The position numbers were made by a program, and so were the translations under genes. DNA of 64,000 nucleotides, taken from Pontiella sp. (GTDB taxonomy: Bacteria; Verrucomicrobiota; Kiritimatiellia; Kiritimatiellales; Pontiellaceae). Of the stretch, positions 50,600 through 60,602 are shown piece by piece (positions within the stretch are counted from its first letter, which is position 1; each line of letters opens with the position of its first letter). The notes beneath the pieces are model-generated. The model saw only the letters and a program-made list of their open reading frames with translations. It searched no databases and was not told the DNA's origin. The DNA lies in NCBI GenBank assembly GCA_050290185.1, contig JBNKHE010000008.1, positions 32,001 through 96,000 on the forward strand. The letters are read 5' to 3'.

Positions 50600-51532
50600 A
50601 TGATCGAGAGAATAGCCGAACTGCTACACATTCCCTCTAACCTAGCTGTAAAACTGATCTATACCTTAAGCTGGATGCTGGTTTTGTTTGCGCTCAAATT
50701 CTTTACCGCCAAACTGGTCTGCCGGCAGGTTGACGATGACAAGCGGCGATATCATATCCGCCGGACGATTAGCTATGTTTATACCTTTATCGTCGTGATT
50801 GTGATCGGGTCGATCTGGTTTAAGGGCATTGCGTCACTAAGCACCTTTCTCGGTCTGGCCAGCGCCGGCCTGGCGGTGGCCATGCACGATACCATTGCCA
50901 ACATGGCCGGCTTCTTTTTTATCGAGGCCCGCAAGCCCTTTCGTGTAGGTGATCGCATCCAGCTCGAAGATTTTAAAGGCGACGTCATCGATATCCGGCT
51001 CTTCCAGTTCAGCATCGTGGAAGTCGGAAACTGGGTCGATGCGGATCAAAGCACCGGTCGGATTGTTCACGTTCCCAACAGTCTGGTGCTGCGATCACCC
51101 CTCTCCAACTATCACATTGGCTTCGAGTATATCTGGAACGAGATCCCCATCCTGATCACCTTCGAAAGCAACTGGAAAAAGGCCAAGGAACTGCTGCTGG
51201 GAATCGGTCGCGAAAACGCGGAATACCTTTCGCAGGGCGCGCAGGCACAGATCCGCCACGCCGCCCAGAAATACCTCATCGTAGCCGGCAAGCTAACCCC
51301 CACGGTCTACACCTCCGTGAAGGATAGCGGCGTTATGCTAACCATTCGCTACCTCGTCGATCCGCGCCAGCGGCGCGGCACGGAGCAAAAGATCTGGGAA
51401 AACATTCTCGATGCCTTCGCCCAGGAACCGGATATCGATCTGGCCTACAACACGACCCGGTTTTATGTAACTTCCGGCGGTGAAATGAAGGACCCCGGAG
51501 GAACGGTCATCCAGGATGAAAAACATTCTTGA
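50600..51532 (+). CDS. mscS: MscS family mechanosensitive channel
   Basis: GLASAGLAVA..D...N.AG, PF.VGDRI, G.V.DI, VPNS. Confidence 0.9.
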   Translation: MIERIAELLHIPSNLAVKLIYTLSWMLVLFALKFFTAKLVCRQVDDDKRRYHIRRTISYVYTFIVVIVIGSIWFKGIASLSTFLGLASAGLAVAMHDTIANMAGFFFIEARKPFRVGDRIQLEDFKGDVIDIRLFQFSIVEVGNWVDADQSTGRIVHVPNSLVLRSPLSNYHIGFEYIWNEIPILITFESNWKKAKELLLGIGRENAEYLSQGAQAQIRHAAQKYLIVAGKLTPTVYTSVKDSGVMLTIRYLVDPRQRRGTEQKIWENILDAFAQEPDIDLAYNTTRFYVTSGGEMKDPGGTVIQDEKHS

Positions 51533-51740
51533 ACGATATTGGTGTGATAACGCCGGCGTATGGGTTGCCGGCGCTTGCTGCCAGGGGGAAGTCAGGATCT
51601 TTAATCTGCAGGCCTGATTTTCGGTTTTTTTAACGGTTTATTAAATGTAAAACATTTTAAGTTGTATTATTAATACTTTTCGTTTGCTACTGTTCGGGTG
51701 ATTTGTTAATCCCCACCAACTCAAGGAATTAGGTCTGATT

Positions 51741-54494
51741 ATGGAGGAGCACATATACAAGCTGGTTGAAAAGTTTCCATTTGCTGTATATGAGTGTAAA
51801 CGCTCGGAAAACGGGCAATTTGTCTTCACATACTGCAGCGAATCCATTGAGCAACTTTTGTTCGTCGACTCCGGGGAGCTGACCCCGGATGGTAATGTCG
51901 CATGGCGTCATGTCTGCCCGGAGTTTGTCGAATCCATACGTTCGGCATTTGAATCCTCGGCGAAATCACTCGTTCCCCTGGAAATCAAGTTCAAGGTTCG
52001 CACCCCCGAAGGCGTGCGCCTGTGGGTGCGCAGCAGGGGCTTTCCCAATCGGGAAGAGGATGGAAGTGTTGTCTGGAATGGTTTCATGGAGGATATTACG
52101 GGTTTGGTCCAGGAGGATGATGAGGCCAAGCGGAGAGACTCCCTGCTGCGGAATATCTTCGAAAACCTGCCGGACTCGATCTACTACAAGGATGCCAAAG
52201 GACGGATGATCGATGCCAACGAGGCCTGTTGCCTGCATCATAATACAACCAGAGGGGAAATCCGGGGGAAAACCGACCTGGATCTTTATCCGGGGCCAAG
52301 GGGAGAAGAAGCCCGGGAAAAGGAACAACGGTTGATGGCTGAGGGCGCCGTGCTTCGGTTGCAGGAAAGTTTCGATGAAGCCGATGGTCGCACTCTGTAC
52401 TTGGATACGGTCAAGATCCCCTTGTTCAGCGAGTCCGGCCGCTTGCTCGGGTTGGCTGGCATCTCGCGCGATGTAACCGCTCAGGTGCTGGGGGAACAGG
52501 CGTTGGTTCGGGCCAAGCAGGAGAGCGAGCACCACGCCGCATTCATTCAGGCGATTTTCGACAATCTCGACGATCAGTTCTACTACAAGGATGCCCAGTC
52601 GCGTGTGATTGGCGGCAACAAGGCATGGGTCAGGTATTGCGGTGCAGCATCGTTGGATGAACTGATCGGTAAAACGGATTTGGAACTGCACCCCTTCCCC
52701 CTGGGAAAACAACTGTACGACGGTGAACAGGCCCTGATTGCTTCCGGCGAAAACATCCGAATGCGCGAATGCCACAAACAGGATGATGGCCGCGTCTGTT
52801 ATGTTGAATCCATCAAGTGTCCGATGAGAAATGAAAATGGCGAGGTGATCGGGCTGGCCGGCATTTCCAGGGATATCACGGCACAGGTGGAAGATGAAAA
52901 TGCGTTGGTCGAGGCGCGGCAGGCTGCTGAAGTCGCCAACGAGGCCAAAAGCATGTTCCTTGCGATGATGAGCCACGAAATAAGGACCCCGATGAACGGG
53001 GTCATTGGCGCGGCAAGCCTGCTTTCCGGCACGCCGCTTACCCCGTTGCAAAGCGAATTTGTCCACACCATCAACGTGAGCGGCGAAAACCTGCTGTGTC
53101 TTATCAATGATATTCTCGACTACTCGAAAATCGAAGCTGGAAAGATTGAGCTTGAACAGGTTCCTTTCAGCCTGCGCTCTTGCATTGAGGACTCGTTCGA
53201 CCTCTTCGTCCGGTCCGCGATCAAGAAGAACCTGGAGCTGTTCCATTTCATCGATCCCGCCATTCCCGAAACCCTGGTTGGCGATCCGTCCCGCTTGCGG
53301 CAGGTCATCATCAACCTGGTGGGAAATGCGGTCAAATTCACCGAAACGGGGGAGGTTGGTCTTCGAGTGGTTCCGGTGGAAGGTCAATCGGATGGGGATA
53401 GGCAGCGCATAAGGATTTCCGTACGCGACACAGGCATCGGCATCCCGGACGATGCGAAGAAAAATCTTTTCCAGGCCTTTACCCAGGTTGAAGGATCCAG
53501 TACGCGCAAATATGAAGGAACCGGACTGGGCCTGACGATCAGCCGCCGGATGATCGAACTTATGGGCGGGCGGATTTGGTTCGAAAGCAAACACGGAGAA
53601 GGTAGCACATTCTTCTTCGAACTTGAGTTGCCGGTCTCACCGGAAAGTCCCGAATCCCTTAATCGTCCGGTTCACCCTGCGGTCCTGGTCGGCAAGCGCG
53701 CCCTGATTGTCGACGACAACGAAACAAATCGCTGGCTGCTGGTCGACCAACTGGCCCGGTGGTCGATTGATTCCAAATCGTTTTCTTCCCCGAAAGAGGC
53801 GTTGCGCCATCTGGGCGAGGGCCACGAGTACGATATTGCATTGCTTGATTTCAATATGCCGGAAATGGACGGACGGGAGTTGGCCTCGGCTATATGCGAC
53901 CTCCAAGGAGAAGCACGCCTTCCGGTGGTTATCCTGAGTAGTTCGTGTGAAAACTATTCATCCGACTCCGCCATCGATGCATGGCTTTCCAAGCCCGTCA
54001 AGCAGGAGAAATTACGCGCTCAACTTCTCCATGTGTTTTCTGCCGCGCCCCGAATGGGCGAGGATGAGGTTGAATCATCAACCACGCGTGTACAGGTTCG
54101 TAAGGATTACGACCTTCGCATCCTCGTTGGCGAAGACAATGCCATTAACCGGCGCGTCGTGAAAATGATGTTGGAGCGGCTTGGCTATGGCAACGTAGTC
54201 GTTGTTCCAGATGGTGAGGATGCGGTGGCGGCCGCAACCGACATGCAGTTCGATGTGGTTCTCATGGATGTCCAGATGCCGGGCATGGACGGGCTGGAGG
54301 CAACCCGACAGATCAGGAACCATACGGGCAACAAGGAAATACCTTGGATTGTTGCGTTGACGGCAGGGGTTATGGAAAACGAGCGAAACACTGCATTCGC
54401 TGCCGGCATGAACGGATTCCTTCCCAAGCCACTGAGGGTGGAAATGCTTGAAGAAGTTCTGGATATGGTGCGGGAGAAATACCGAAAAGGCTAG
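51741..54494 (+). CDS. Cytoplasmic hybrid histidine kinase (3 PAS, HisKA, HATPase, 2 REC)
   Basis: AKS.FLA.MSHEIRTPMNGV, GDP.RLRQ..INL.GNA.KFT, GTGLGL, two receiver domains. Confidence 0.93.
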   Translation: MEEHIYKLVEKFPFAVYECKRSENGQFVFTYCSESIEQLLFVDSGELTPDGNVAWRHVCPEFVESIRSAFESSAKSLVPLEIKFKVRTPEGVRLWVRSRGFPNREEDGSVVWNGFMEDITGLVQEDDEAKRRDSLLRNIFENLPDSIYYKDAKGRMIDANEACCLHHNTTRGEIRGKTDLDLYPGPRGEEAREKEQRLMAEGAVLRLQESFDEADGRTLYLDTVKIPLFSESGRLLGLAGISRDVTAQVLGEQALVRAKQESEHHAAFIQAIFDNLDDQFYYKDAQSRVIGGNKAWVRYCGAASLDELIGKTDLELHPFPLGKQLYDGEQALIASGENIRMRECHKQDDGRVCYVESIKCPMRNENGEVIGLAGISRDITAQVEDENALVEARQAAEVANEAKSMFLAMMSHEIRTPMNGVIGAASLLSGTPLTPLQSEFVHTINVSGENLLCLINDILDYSKIEAGKIELEQVPFSLRSCIEDSFDLFVRSAIKKNLELFHFIDPAIPETLVGDPSRLRQVIINLVGNAVKFTETGEVGLRVVPVEGQSDGDRQRIRISVRDTGIGIPDDAKKNLFQAFTQVEGSSTRKYEGTGLGLTISRRMIELMGGRIWFESKHGEGSTFFFELELPVSPESPESLNRPVHPAVLVGKRALIVDDNETNRWLLVDQLARWSIDSKSFSSPKEALRHLGEGHEYDIALLDFNMPEMDGRELASAICDLQGEARLPVVILSSSCENYSSDSAIDAWLSKPVKQEKLRAQLLHVFSAAPRMGEDEVESSTTRVQVRKDYDLRILVGEDNAINRRVVKMMLERLGYGNVVVVPDGEDAVAAATDMQFDVVLMDVQMPGMDGLEATRQIRNHTGNKEIPWIVALTAGVMENERNTAFAAGMNGFLPKPLRVEMLEEVLDMVREKYRKG

Positions 54495-55156
54495 CCTTGC
54501 AGAAACGACCGAATTTCCTTCATGACCGATTCGAAATGATGGGCCGGCAAGGCGTGTCCACCGTTTTCGAAGATCTTCAAGGTGCTATTCTGCAGATGCG
54601 CTTGCAGCCATTCACTCGCGCCGGAAGGGATGATGCGATCTCCGGCGCCGTGCAGCAACAAAACCGGAAGGTTGATTCCGGAAATCTTTTCCCGGAGATC
54701 CGACTGAAGCAGGTATTCGAGCCCCGCCACGAGGCCGGTCAAATCAAGCGACGCGTTTTTTCTCATCGCGGCGGCTTGGCGGCTTTCCCTGCGCGGGAAA
54801 TGCACGTTCTTGAAGAATTCATCCAGCACGGATTCAGAATCTCGCTTGAGTTGGAGAATCATGCGCCGCAACACCTTTTCGTGTGTTCCGCATGGGTAGC
54901 CATCGGTGGAACAGAACTTGGCGGTCGATGAAATCAGAACCAGCTTTTTGCAAGATGCCGGCAATAGCTCCATCGCCAGTAACCCGCCCATTGAGCCGGT
55001 GACAATATAATCCGCCGCAGGAATTGTTCGGGTATTCAAGACTTCGCTGCCGGTGACCAGTTGAACATCAAAGACCTTTTCCATCGCCTCGCCCATCGGC
55101 TTGATGGCATCGATACCATGTGCCCATCCTGAAATAATGACTACGCTTTGTTTCAT
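54491..55156 (-). CDS. bioH: BioH-like pimeloyl-ACP methyl ester esterase
   Basis: SGWA, GSMGG nucleophile elbow, HG..D.IIP, GHALP; downstream of bioF. Confidence 0.75.
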   Translation of the reverse strand: MKQSVVIISGWAHGIDAIKPMGEAMEKVFDVQLVTGSEVLNTRTIPAADYIVTGSMGGLLAMELLPASCKKLVLISSTAKFCSTDGYPCGTHEKVLRRMILQLKRDSESVLDEFFKNVHFPRRESRQAAAMRKNASLDLTGLVAGLEYLLQSDLREKISGINLPVLLLHGAGDRIIPSGASEWLQAHLQNSTLKIFENGGHALPAHHFESVMKEIRSFLQG

Positions 55157-55158
55157 TT

Positions 55159-55231
55159 AAACACGAAGGCACGAAGATCACGAAGCGAGAGCTTCCTTTG
55201 TGCCCTTTGAGTCCTTTCTTTCTTAGTGTTT
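55159..55231. repeat. Intergenic CACGAAG 9-mer palindromic repeat
   Basis: AAACACGAAGGCACGAAGATCACGAAG...CTTTGTGCCCTTTGAG...CTTAGTGTTT. Confidence 0.6.
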
Positions 55232-56383
55232 TATGGTCTCAAGAATTGCTTTGGCAGCGTGTTCGAGGTCGTCGATGTGGTGGGCGAGGGTGATGGAGAT
55301 GCGCAGCCGGGCGGAGCCGGCGGGAACCGTCGGCGGCCGGATGGCGGTGGCAATGATGCCCTGTTCGCGCAACTTCTGCGAAACAGTCACAGCTTTTTCA
55401 TTGTCGCCGATAACGACCGGAATGATCTGGCTTTGGCTTTGCAGGGTGTCGACTCCTGCTTCATGCAGCAACGACCGGAAATATTCGGCGTTGGCCTGCA
55501 GGACGTTTCCGAGATTCGGCGAGGCGTCCAGCACATCGAGTACGCCAAGGGCTGCACCGATGACCGCAGGTGGCGGGGCGGTAGTGTAGATAAAGGCGCG
55601 CGCGGAGTTGACCAGCAGCTTGCGCAGGTTTTCGGAGCAGGCCACGAAGCCGCCGAAGCCGGCCAGCGCCTTGCTCATGGTTCCCATCGAGACGGTGATG
55701 GAACTTTCCAGTCCGTGTTCGCGGATCAGTCCGGCACCGTTGGGTCCGAACGTGCCCGTGCCATGGGCTTCATCCACCATGCACATGGCGGCGTGTTTTT
55801 CCGCGAGCTCGGCGATTTCCTTTAAGGGAGCAATGTCGCCATCCATGCCGAAAACGGATTCGGTAATGATCAGTTTGCGACATTGGGTATCCGCATACTG
55901 TTCCAGCCGCTGTTCCAACGCCGCGGCATCGTTATGCGCAAAACGCACGAGCCTAGCTCCGCTCAGCCTGCAGGCATCGATCATGCTGGCATGGACGAGC
56001 TTGTCGGCAAAGATCAGGTCTTCTCGTCCGGCGAGTATGGGAATAGTGCCGGCGTTGGCCATGTAGCCCGTGCCAAACACGAGTGCGGACGGGTAGCCTT
56101 TTTTCTTGGCGAGACGTGCTTCCAGCTCTTCGTGGATCGGCAGCGTTCCCGTGACCAACCGCGAGGCCGTCGACCCGATGCCGTATTGATCCAGTGCTTC
56201 GCGGGCGCGATCCATCACGTGGCGGTGGTGCGATAGATCAAGATAGTCGTTGCTCGAAAAGTTGAGCACTTCCTTCCCGTTGATCACAATTTTCCCGCCC
56301 GCTTCGGGATAGACCCGTGCCGTCCGCTCGAGTCCCTGGGTTTTTGCCTCGTCCAGTATTGGTTGTATCCAGTCTTCACGCAT
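55223..56383 (-). CDS. bioF: 8-amino-7-oxononanoate synthase
   Basis: FSSNDYL, SRLVTG, HASMIDA, SVFGMDGD, DEAH, GT.SKA, IRPPTVP. Confidence 0.95.
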   Translation of the reverse strand: MREDWIQPILDEAKTQGLERTARVYPEAGGKIVINGKEVLNFSSNDYLDLSHHRHVMDRAREALDQYGIGSTASRLVTGTLPIHEELEARLAKKKGYPSALVFGTGYMANAGTIPILAGREDLIFADKLVHASMIDACRLSGARLVRFAHNDAAALEQRLEQYADTQCRKLIITESVFGMDGDIAPLKEIAELAEKHAAMCMVDEAHGTGTFGPNGAGLIREHGLESSITVSMGTMSKALAGFGGFVACSENLRKLLVNSARAFIYTTAPPPAVIGAALGVLDVLDASPNLGNVLQANAEYFRSLLHEAGVDTLQSQSQIIPVVIGDNEKAVTVSQKLREQGIIATAIRPPTVPAGSARLRISITLAHHIDDLEHAAKAILETIKH

Positions 56384-56447
56384 AGTTGACACTTTCGCCA
56401 ACTTGCGGAATTGGCGCAATCCCGAAAAGGGAATATAACTCGAAGGC

Positions 56448-57068
56448 ATGATTAACCTAATGGCCCCTTGGATTCCCTATGTAGCTGTATTGATCGGCAT
56501 GTATGTATTGCATAGTGCGTGGATTGCTATCCTGCTTTACCATGCAGGGATCGCCGCATTTCTATTTCTTCGCAAGCCAGCCGGCCTATGGATTCGAATG
56601 AGAACGGGCTTCAAAACGCCGCTGCTCATGCCTGGATTGCTCATCGGCGCACTGGCTGCGCCGGTCGTCTATTTCCTGTGGCCGTGGTTTTCGGTCTCGG
56701 ATAATATCCTGCCGCAGTGGATGGCGTACTATGGCTTGAGCGGCTGGGCATGGCTGTTGCTCATTCCCTACTTTTCAATGATCCACCCGATTCTGGAAGA
56801 AGCGCTTTGGCGTGAAATTGCTCCGAAACGCTTTACCTGGTTCTGCCGCCAGGATCTGCTATTTGCGGGCTACCACGTGCTGGTGTTGCTGCAGCTCATG
56901 AAGACGCCGTGGCTCGTGCTGGTTTTTCCCATCCTGGCGGGGAGCTCTATATGGTGGCGCTGGTCCGTTGCGCGTTGCGGCGGTTACGGGGTGTCGCTCC
57001 TTACCCATGCCACGGCCGATGCAGGCGTCGTGATAGCCGTACTTTTACTGTTGCGGCATTATTCATGA
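56448..57068 (+). CDS. CPBP (CAAX/Abi) intramembrane protease
   Basis: EEALWR, FAGYH, THA.AD motifs in a multi-TM protein. Confidence 0.75.
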   Translation: MINLMAPWIPYVAVLIGMYVLHSAWIAILLYHAGIAAFLFLRKPAGLWIRMRTGFKTPLLMPGLLIGALAAPVVYFLWPWFSVSDNILPQWMAYYGLSGWAWLLLIPYFSMIHPILEEALWREIAPKRFTWFCRQDLLFAGYHVLVLLQLMKTPWLVLVFPILAGSSIWWRWSVARCGGYGVSLLTHATADAGVVIAVLLLLRHYS

Positions 57069-57129
57069 TCGGTTTTGACAACGGGTTGAATGCGACTAAT
57101 GTAGTCCTGTTAAGGATAGGAGTTTTGCT

Positions 57130-57306
57130 ATGAGAAAATCACCCAAAGAACTGATTCAACAAGCCAAGGGTCCATGTGGCTGCCTGGAGCTTGACGATCC
57201 CTTTATCGAATATGTCAACGGCGCGGATTATGTGAAGTTAAACGGCGAATACTCCGCCGAAGAACTGCATACCATTGCCCATTGGATGGAAGGGAAAGTA
57301 GAATAA
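57130..57306 (+). CDS. Small hypothetical protein (58 aa, not in ORF track)
   Basis: MRKSPKELIQQAKGPCGCLELDDPFIEYVNGADYVKLNGEYSAEELHTIAHWMEGKVE; RBS AGGATAGGAG; TTGACA upstream. Confidence 0.6.
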   Translation: MRKSPKELIQQAKGPCGCLELDDPFIEYVNGADYVKLNGEYSAEELHTIAHWMEGKVE

Positions 57307-57364
57307 AAAGTACGTGCCTTTAGACGGCTTCTGCGGACGGGCCGTCTAAAGGCACGTACTTTTT
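57305..57364. terminator. Perfect 24-bp inverted repeat (terminator- or REP-like)
   Basis: AAAAAGTACGTGCCTTTAGACGGC-N12-GCCGTCTAAAGGCACGTACTTTTT. Confidence 0.7.
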
Positions 57365-57389
57365 CAACGCCGGTTTAACGGAGGACGCT

Positions 57390-58181
57390 ATGGAACTGGG
57401 ACTGCGCGGAAAGGTAGCGATGGTGGCGGCATCGAGCAAGGGGCTGGGCTTTGGCATTGCCCGCGAACTGGCACGGGAGGGCGCGCTGGTCTCCATCGGA
57501 AGCCGAACGGAATCCGATATTTTTGACGCTGCCGCACTGCTGGCCGATGAGACGGAGACCGAGGTGCTTCCGAACGTGCTCGATGCCTCCGACCCTGATT
57601 CCATCAATCTGTGGCTGGACAACACGATCAATGCCTTTGGCGGCGTGGATATGTTGGTGGTCAATGCCGGCGGACCTCCGGCCGGGATTTTTGATGACTT
57701 TGACGATGACGACTGGCAGAACGCTTTTGAACTGACGCTCATGAGTGCTGTACGGATGATACGCGGCGTTTTGCCCTTTATGCGGACAGCTGGCGGCGGT
57801 TCGATCCTGACCATTACCTCCTGTTCGGTGAAAGAGCCGATCGATTTTCTACTGCTTTCCAATGTGATGCGCTCCGGCGTGACGAGCCTGGCCAAAAGCT
57901 TGTCTCAACAGCTTGCGCCGGAAAACATCCGCGTCAACAACCTGATGCCGGGGCGGATCAATACCGACCGCGTGCAGTCGCTCGATGCCATGAATGCCGA
58001 AAAGCGCGGCCTGGATATCGAGGATATCAAAGCGGCCAATGAACTGGGCATTCCGTTGCGCCGCTATGGCACCATCGAGGAGTTCGGGCGGCTCGGCGCC
58101 TTCCTGCTTTCCGATGCCGCCAGCTACATCACCGGCCAGACCATCGCCGTCGACGGAGGCTCCATCAAGACGGTCTGGTAG
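57390..58181 (+). CDS. SDR family oxidoreductase (atypical, BKR-like)
   Basis: AASSKGLG, NAGGPP, SN..R in place of YxxxK, YITGQ..VDGG. Confidence 0.88.
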   Translation: MELGLRGKVAMVAASSKGLGFGIARELAREGALVSIGSRTESDIFDAAALLADETETEVLPNVLDASDPDSINLWLDNTINAFGGVDMLVVNAGGPPAGIFDDFDDDDWQNAFELTLMSAVRMIRGVLPFMRTAGGGSILTITSCSVKEPIDFLLLSNVMRSGVTSLAKSLSQQLAPENIRVNNLMPGRINTDRVQSLDAMNAEKRGLDIEDIKAANELGIPLRRYGTIEEFGRLGAFLLSDAASYITGQTIAVDGGSIKTVW

Positions 58182-58263
58182 CCGCTAATTTAGACACGGT
58201 CTCGGTTTACTTCACCGCCGATGCTCTCTACTCTCTGCCGCTCATTTTCAACGAGGAAGAACA

Positions 58264-59250
58264 ATGGACTGGAAAGCTTTGGCAAACCGAATTCTGGATG
58301 GTGGAGAACCGATCACGCGCGATGAGGCGTTGGCGGTGCTGAACTCGTCCGACGACGAGCTGCTCGACGTGCTGCAGGCGTCGTACCTGATCCGCAAGAA
58401 CTTCTTCGGCAAGAAGGTCAGCCTGCATGTGCTGAAGAATGCCAAGAGCGGCGTCTGTCCCGAAGATTGCTCATTCTGCAGCCAGTCGAAAAGTTCCAGC
58501 GCGGATGTCGAGGAATACGAAATGCAGTCGGCCGATGAAATCGTGGCCGGCGCGCAGGATGCCGCCGACATGCAGGCCTTGCGCTACTGCGTTGTGACCA
58601 GCTCGCGCGCACCGTCCGAAAACGAGATGAAGACCATTACCGATGCCGCTTCGCGCATAAAGCAAGAATATCCCCAGCTCGAACTCTGCGCTTCCATGGG
58701 TTTTCTGACCGAGGACAAGGCGCGCCGCCTGAAGGAATCCGGCGTCGACCGCTTCAACCACAATCTCGAAACCTCGGCCAGCTTCTATCCTTCGATCTGC
58801 TCCACGCACCAGTACGAAGACCGCGTTGCGACGGCAAAAACCGTCAAGAAAGTCGGGTTGGATCTCTGTTGCGGCGGGCTGATCGGCATGGGCGAAGCCC
58901 TCGAAGACCGCGTGGATCTGGCGCTGGCGCTCAAGGAATTGAAGGCCGATTCCGCGCCGATCAACTTCCTCGACCCGCGCGAAGGCACCAAGCTCGAAGG
59001 ATCCGCGCGCGTGACGCCCAACGATTGTCTGCGTACGCTCGCTATGTTCCGCTTCGTGCTGACCTATGCCGAAGTGCGTATCGCCGGTGGCCGCGAAACC
59101 TGTCTGCGCAATCTCCAGCCGCTCTCGCTCTATCCCGCCAACTCCATGTTCACCAACGGTTATCTGACCACCGGTGGACAGAACTTTGATGCGGATAAAC
59201 GCATGATCGAAGATGCCGGTTTTGAAATCGGCCATCTGGTGAACGCGTAG
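58264..59250 (+). CDS. bioB: Biotin synthase
   Basis: CPEDCSFCSQ radical-SAM motif, NHNLET, CCGG..GMGE, PINFL, R.AGGRE, YLTT.G. Confidence 0.97.
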   Translation: MDWKALANRILDGGEPITRDEALAVLNSSDDELLDVLQASYLIRKNFFGKKVSLHVLKNAKSGVCPEDCSFCSQSKSSSADVEEYEMQSADEIVAGAQDAADMQALRYCVVTSSRAPSENEMKTITDAASRIKQEYPQLELCASMGFLTEDKARRLKESGVDRFNHNLETSASFYPSICSTHQYEDRVATAKTVKKVGLDLCCGGLIGMGEALEDRVDLALALKELKADSAPINFLDPREGTKLEGSARVTPNDCLRTLAMFRFVLTYAEVRIAGGRETCLRNLQPLSLYPANSMFTNGYLTTGGQNFDADKRMIEDAGFEIGHLVNA

Positions 59251-59259
59251 AAACGTTCC

Positions 59260-59310
59260 TGGAGGGGCATCGGCCTCGATGCCCGAGAATGCGGGGACAG
59301 CGTCCCTCCA
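59260..59310. repeat. REP-like element (TGGAGGG...CCCTCCA)
   Basis: Terminal inverted repeat with internal hairpin GGGCATCG-gcct-CGATGCCC; same architecture at 60603-60654. Confidence 0.55.
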
Positions 59311-59393
59311 TCCATTACCCCTTTTGGGTCTGTACGTTTAGCGGCGGATTGGATATAGTCTTTCGTTATTAAACCGAATTTCCGGGGTATAGA

Positions 59394-60596
59394 ATGAATA
59401 AGACCACATCGCTTTTCCTGGCATGCTTGCTGTTGACCGGAGGGTGTGCAACCGCACAAAACGGTGAGCTGGAAAAGTCCATCAACCATGCGCTGCAAGT
59501 GGCCAGGAGCCAGAGCATCGACATGGCCAAAGCCTTGGAAGATCAGGACGAACGGTTGCCGAAAACCATCAATGGCAACGGCGATCTGGAAACCTGCGCA
59601 TCGAGTTGGTGGGTCAGCGGCTTCTTTCCCGGCGTATTGTGGTATCTGTACGAGGAGTTTGAAACGGACCAACTGAAGGATTTTGCCGAAGAATACACGG
59701 ACCGTGTGGAAGACCAGAAACGTACTACCGACAACCATGACGTTGGATTCATGATTTTCTGCAGCTTTGGCAACGGCTATCGCATCACCAAAGACAAGGA
59801 ATATGCCAGGGTCATCAAGACGGCCTGCAAGTCGTTAAGCACACGCTTCGACTCTAGGATCGGTTGCATCCGGTCGTGGGATTATGCCGAGTGGAACAAG
59901 CAGTGGAAGTATCCGGTCATCATCGACAACATGATGAATCTGGAAATGCTGATGTGGGGCGGCAGGGAATTCCACAACAAGAAGTTTACCGATATTGCTA
60001 TCAGCCACGCCGATACCACGCTCAAGAACCACTTTCGCGAGGATGGAAGTTCCTTCCACGTGGTTTCCTACGAGTCGGACGGTGCTGTGGAAAAAAAGAA
60101 CACCTCGCAAGGCTATAGCGACGATTCGGCCTGGGCGCGCGGGCAGGGCTGGGGGCTCTACGGCTATACGATGATGTACCGTTTTACAAAGGATAAGAAA
60201 TATCTCGACCAGGCCGTCAAGATTGCCGAGTTCATCACCAATCATCCGCGTCTGCCGGAAGATAAGATTCCCTATTGGGATTTCGATGCGCCCGATATTC
60301 CTGATACGTTGCGCGATGCCTCCGCCGGGGCGCTGATCTGTTCCGCGCTGCTGGAGTTGAGCCTGTATGTAGACGACGCCCATTCGAAGAAATACATGGC
60401 GGTCGCCGAAATGCAGCTCAAAACCCTCTGCTCGCCGGAGTATCTCGCGGAGCCCGGCACCAACGGGCATTTTATCCTCAAGCACAGCGTTGGACACATG
60501 CCCAACAGGACGGAGGTCGACGTCCCTCTGACCTACGCCGACTACTACTTCATGGAAGCGTTGACTCGCTACAAGAAGATCAAGGGGTTGAAATAA
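59394..60596 (+). CDS. Glycoside hydrolase family 88 (unsaturated glucuronyl hydrolase), lipoprotein
   Basis: W.SGFFPG, NHDVGF, IIDNMMNLE, WARGQ.W..YG, WDF, DASA, YADYYF.EAL; lipobox TGGC. Confidence 0.92.
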   Translation: MNKTTSLFLACLLLTGGCATAQNGELEKSINHALQVARSQSIDMAKALEDQDERLPKTINGNGDLETCASSWWVSGFFPGVLWYLYEEFETDQLKDFAEEYTDRVEDQKRTTDNHDVGFMIFCSFGNGYRITKDKEYARVIKTACKSLSTRFDSRIGCIRSWDYAEWNKQWKYPVIIDNMMNLEMLMWGGREFHNKKFTDIAISHADTTLKNHFREDGSSFHVVSYESDGAVEKKNTSQGYSDDSAWARGQGWGLYGYTMMYRFTKDKKYLDQAVKIAEFITNHPRLPEDKIPYWDFDAPDIPDTLRDASAGALICSALLELSLYVDDAHSKKYMAVAEMQLKTLCSPEYLAEPGTNGHFILKHSVGHMPNRTEVDVPLTYADYYFMEALTRYKKIKGLK

Positions 60597-60602
60597 CGTA
60601 GT

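Noticed and set aside
56384..56447. Possible BirA operator upstream of bioF (CGCCAA...TTGGCG)
   Set aside because: Does not match TGTAAACC-N14/16-GGTTTACA
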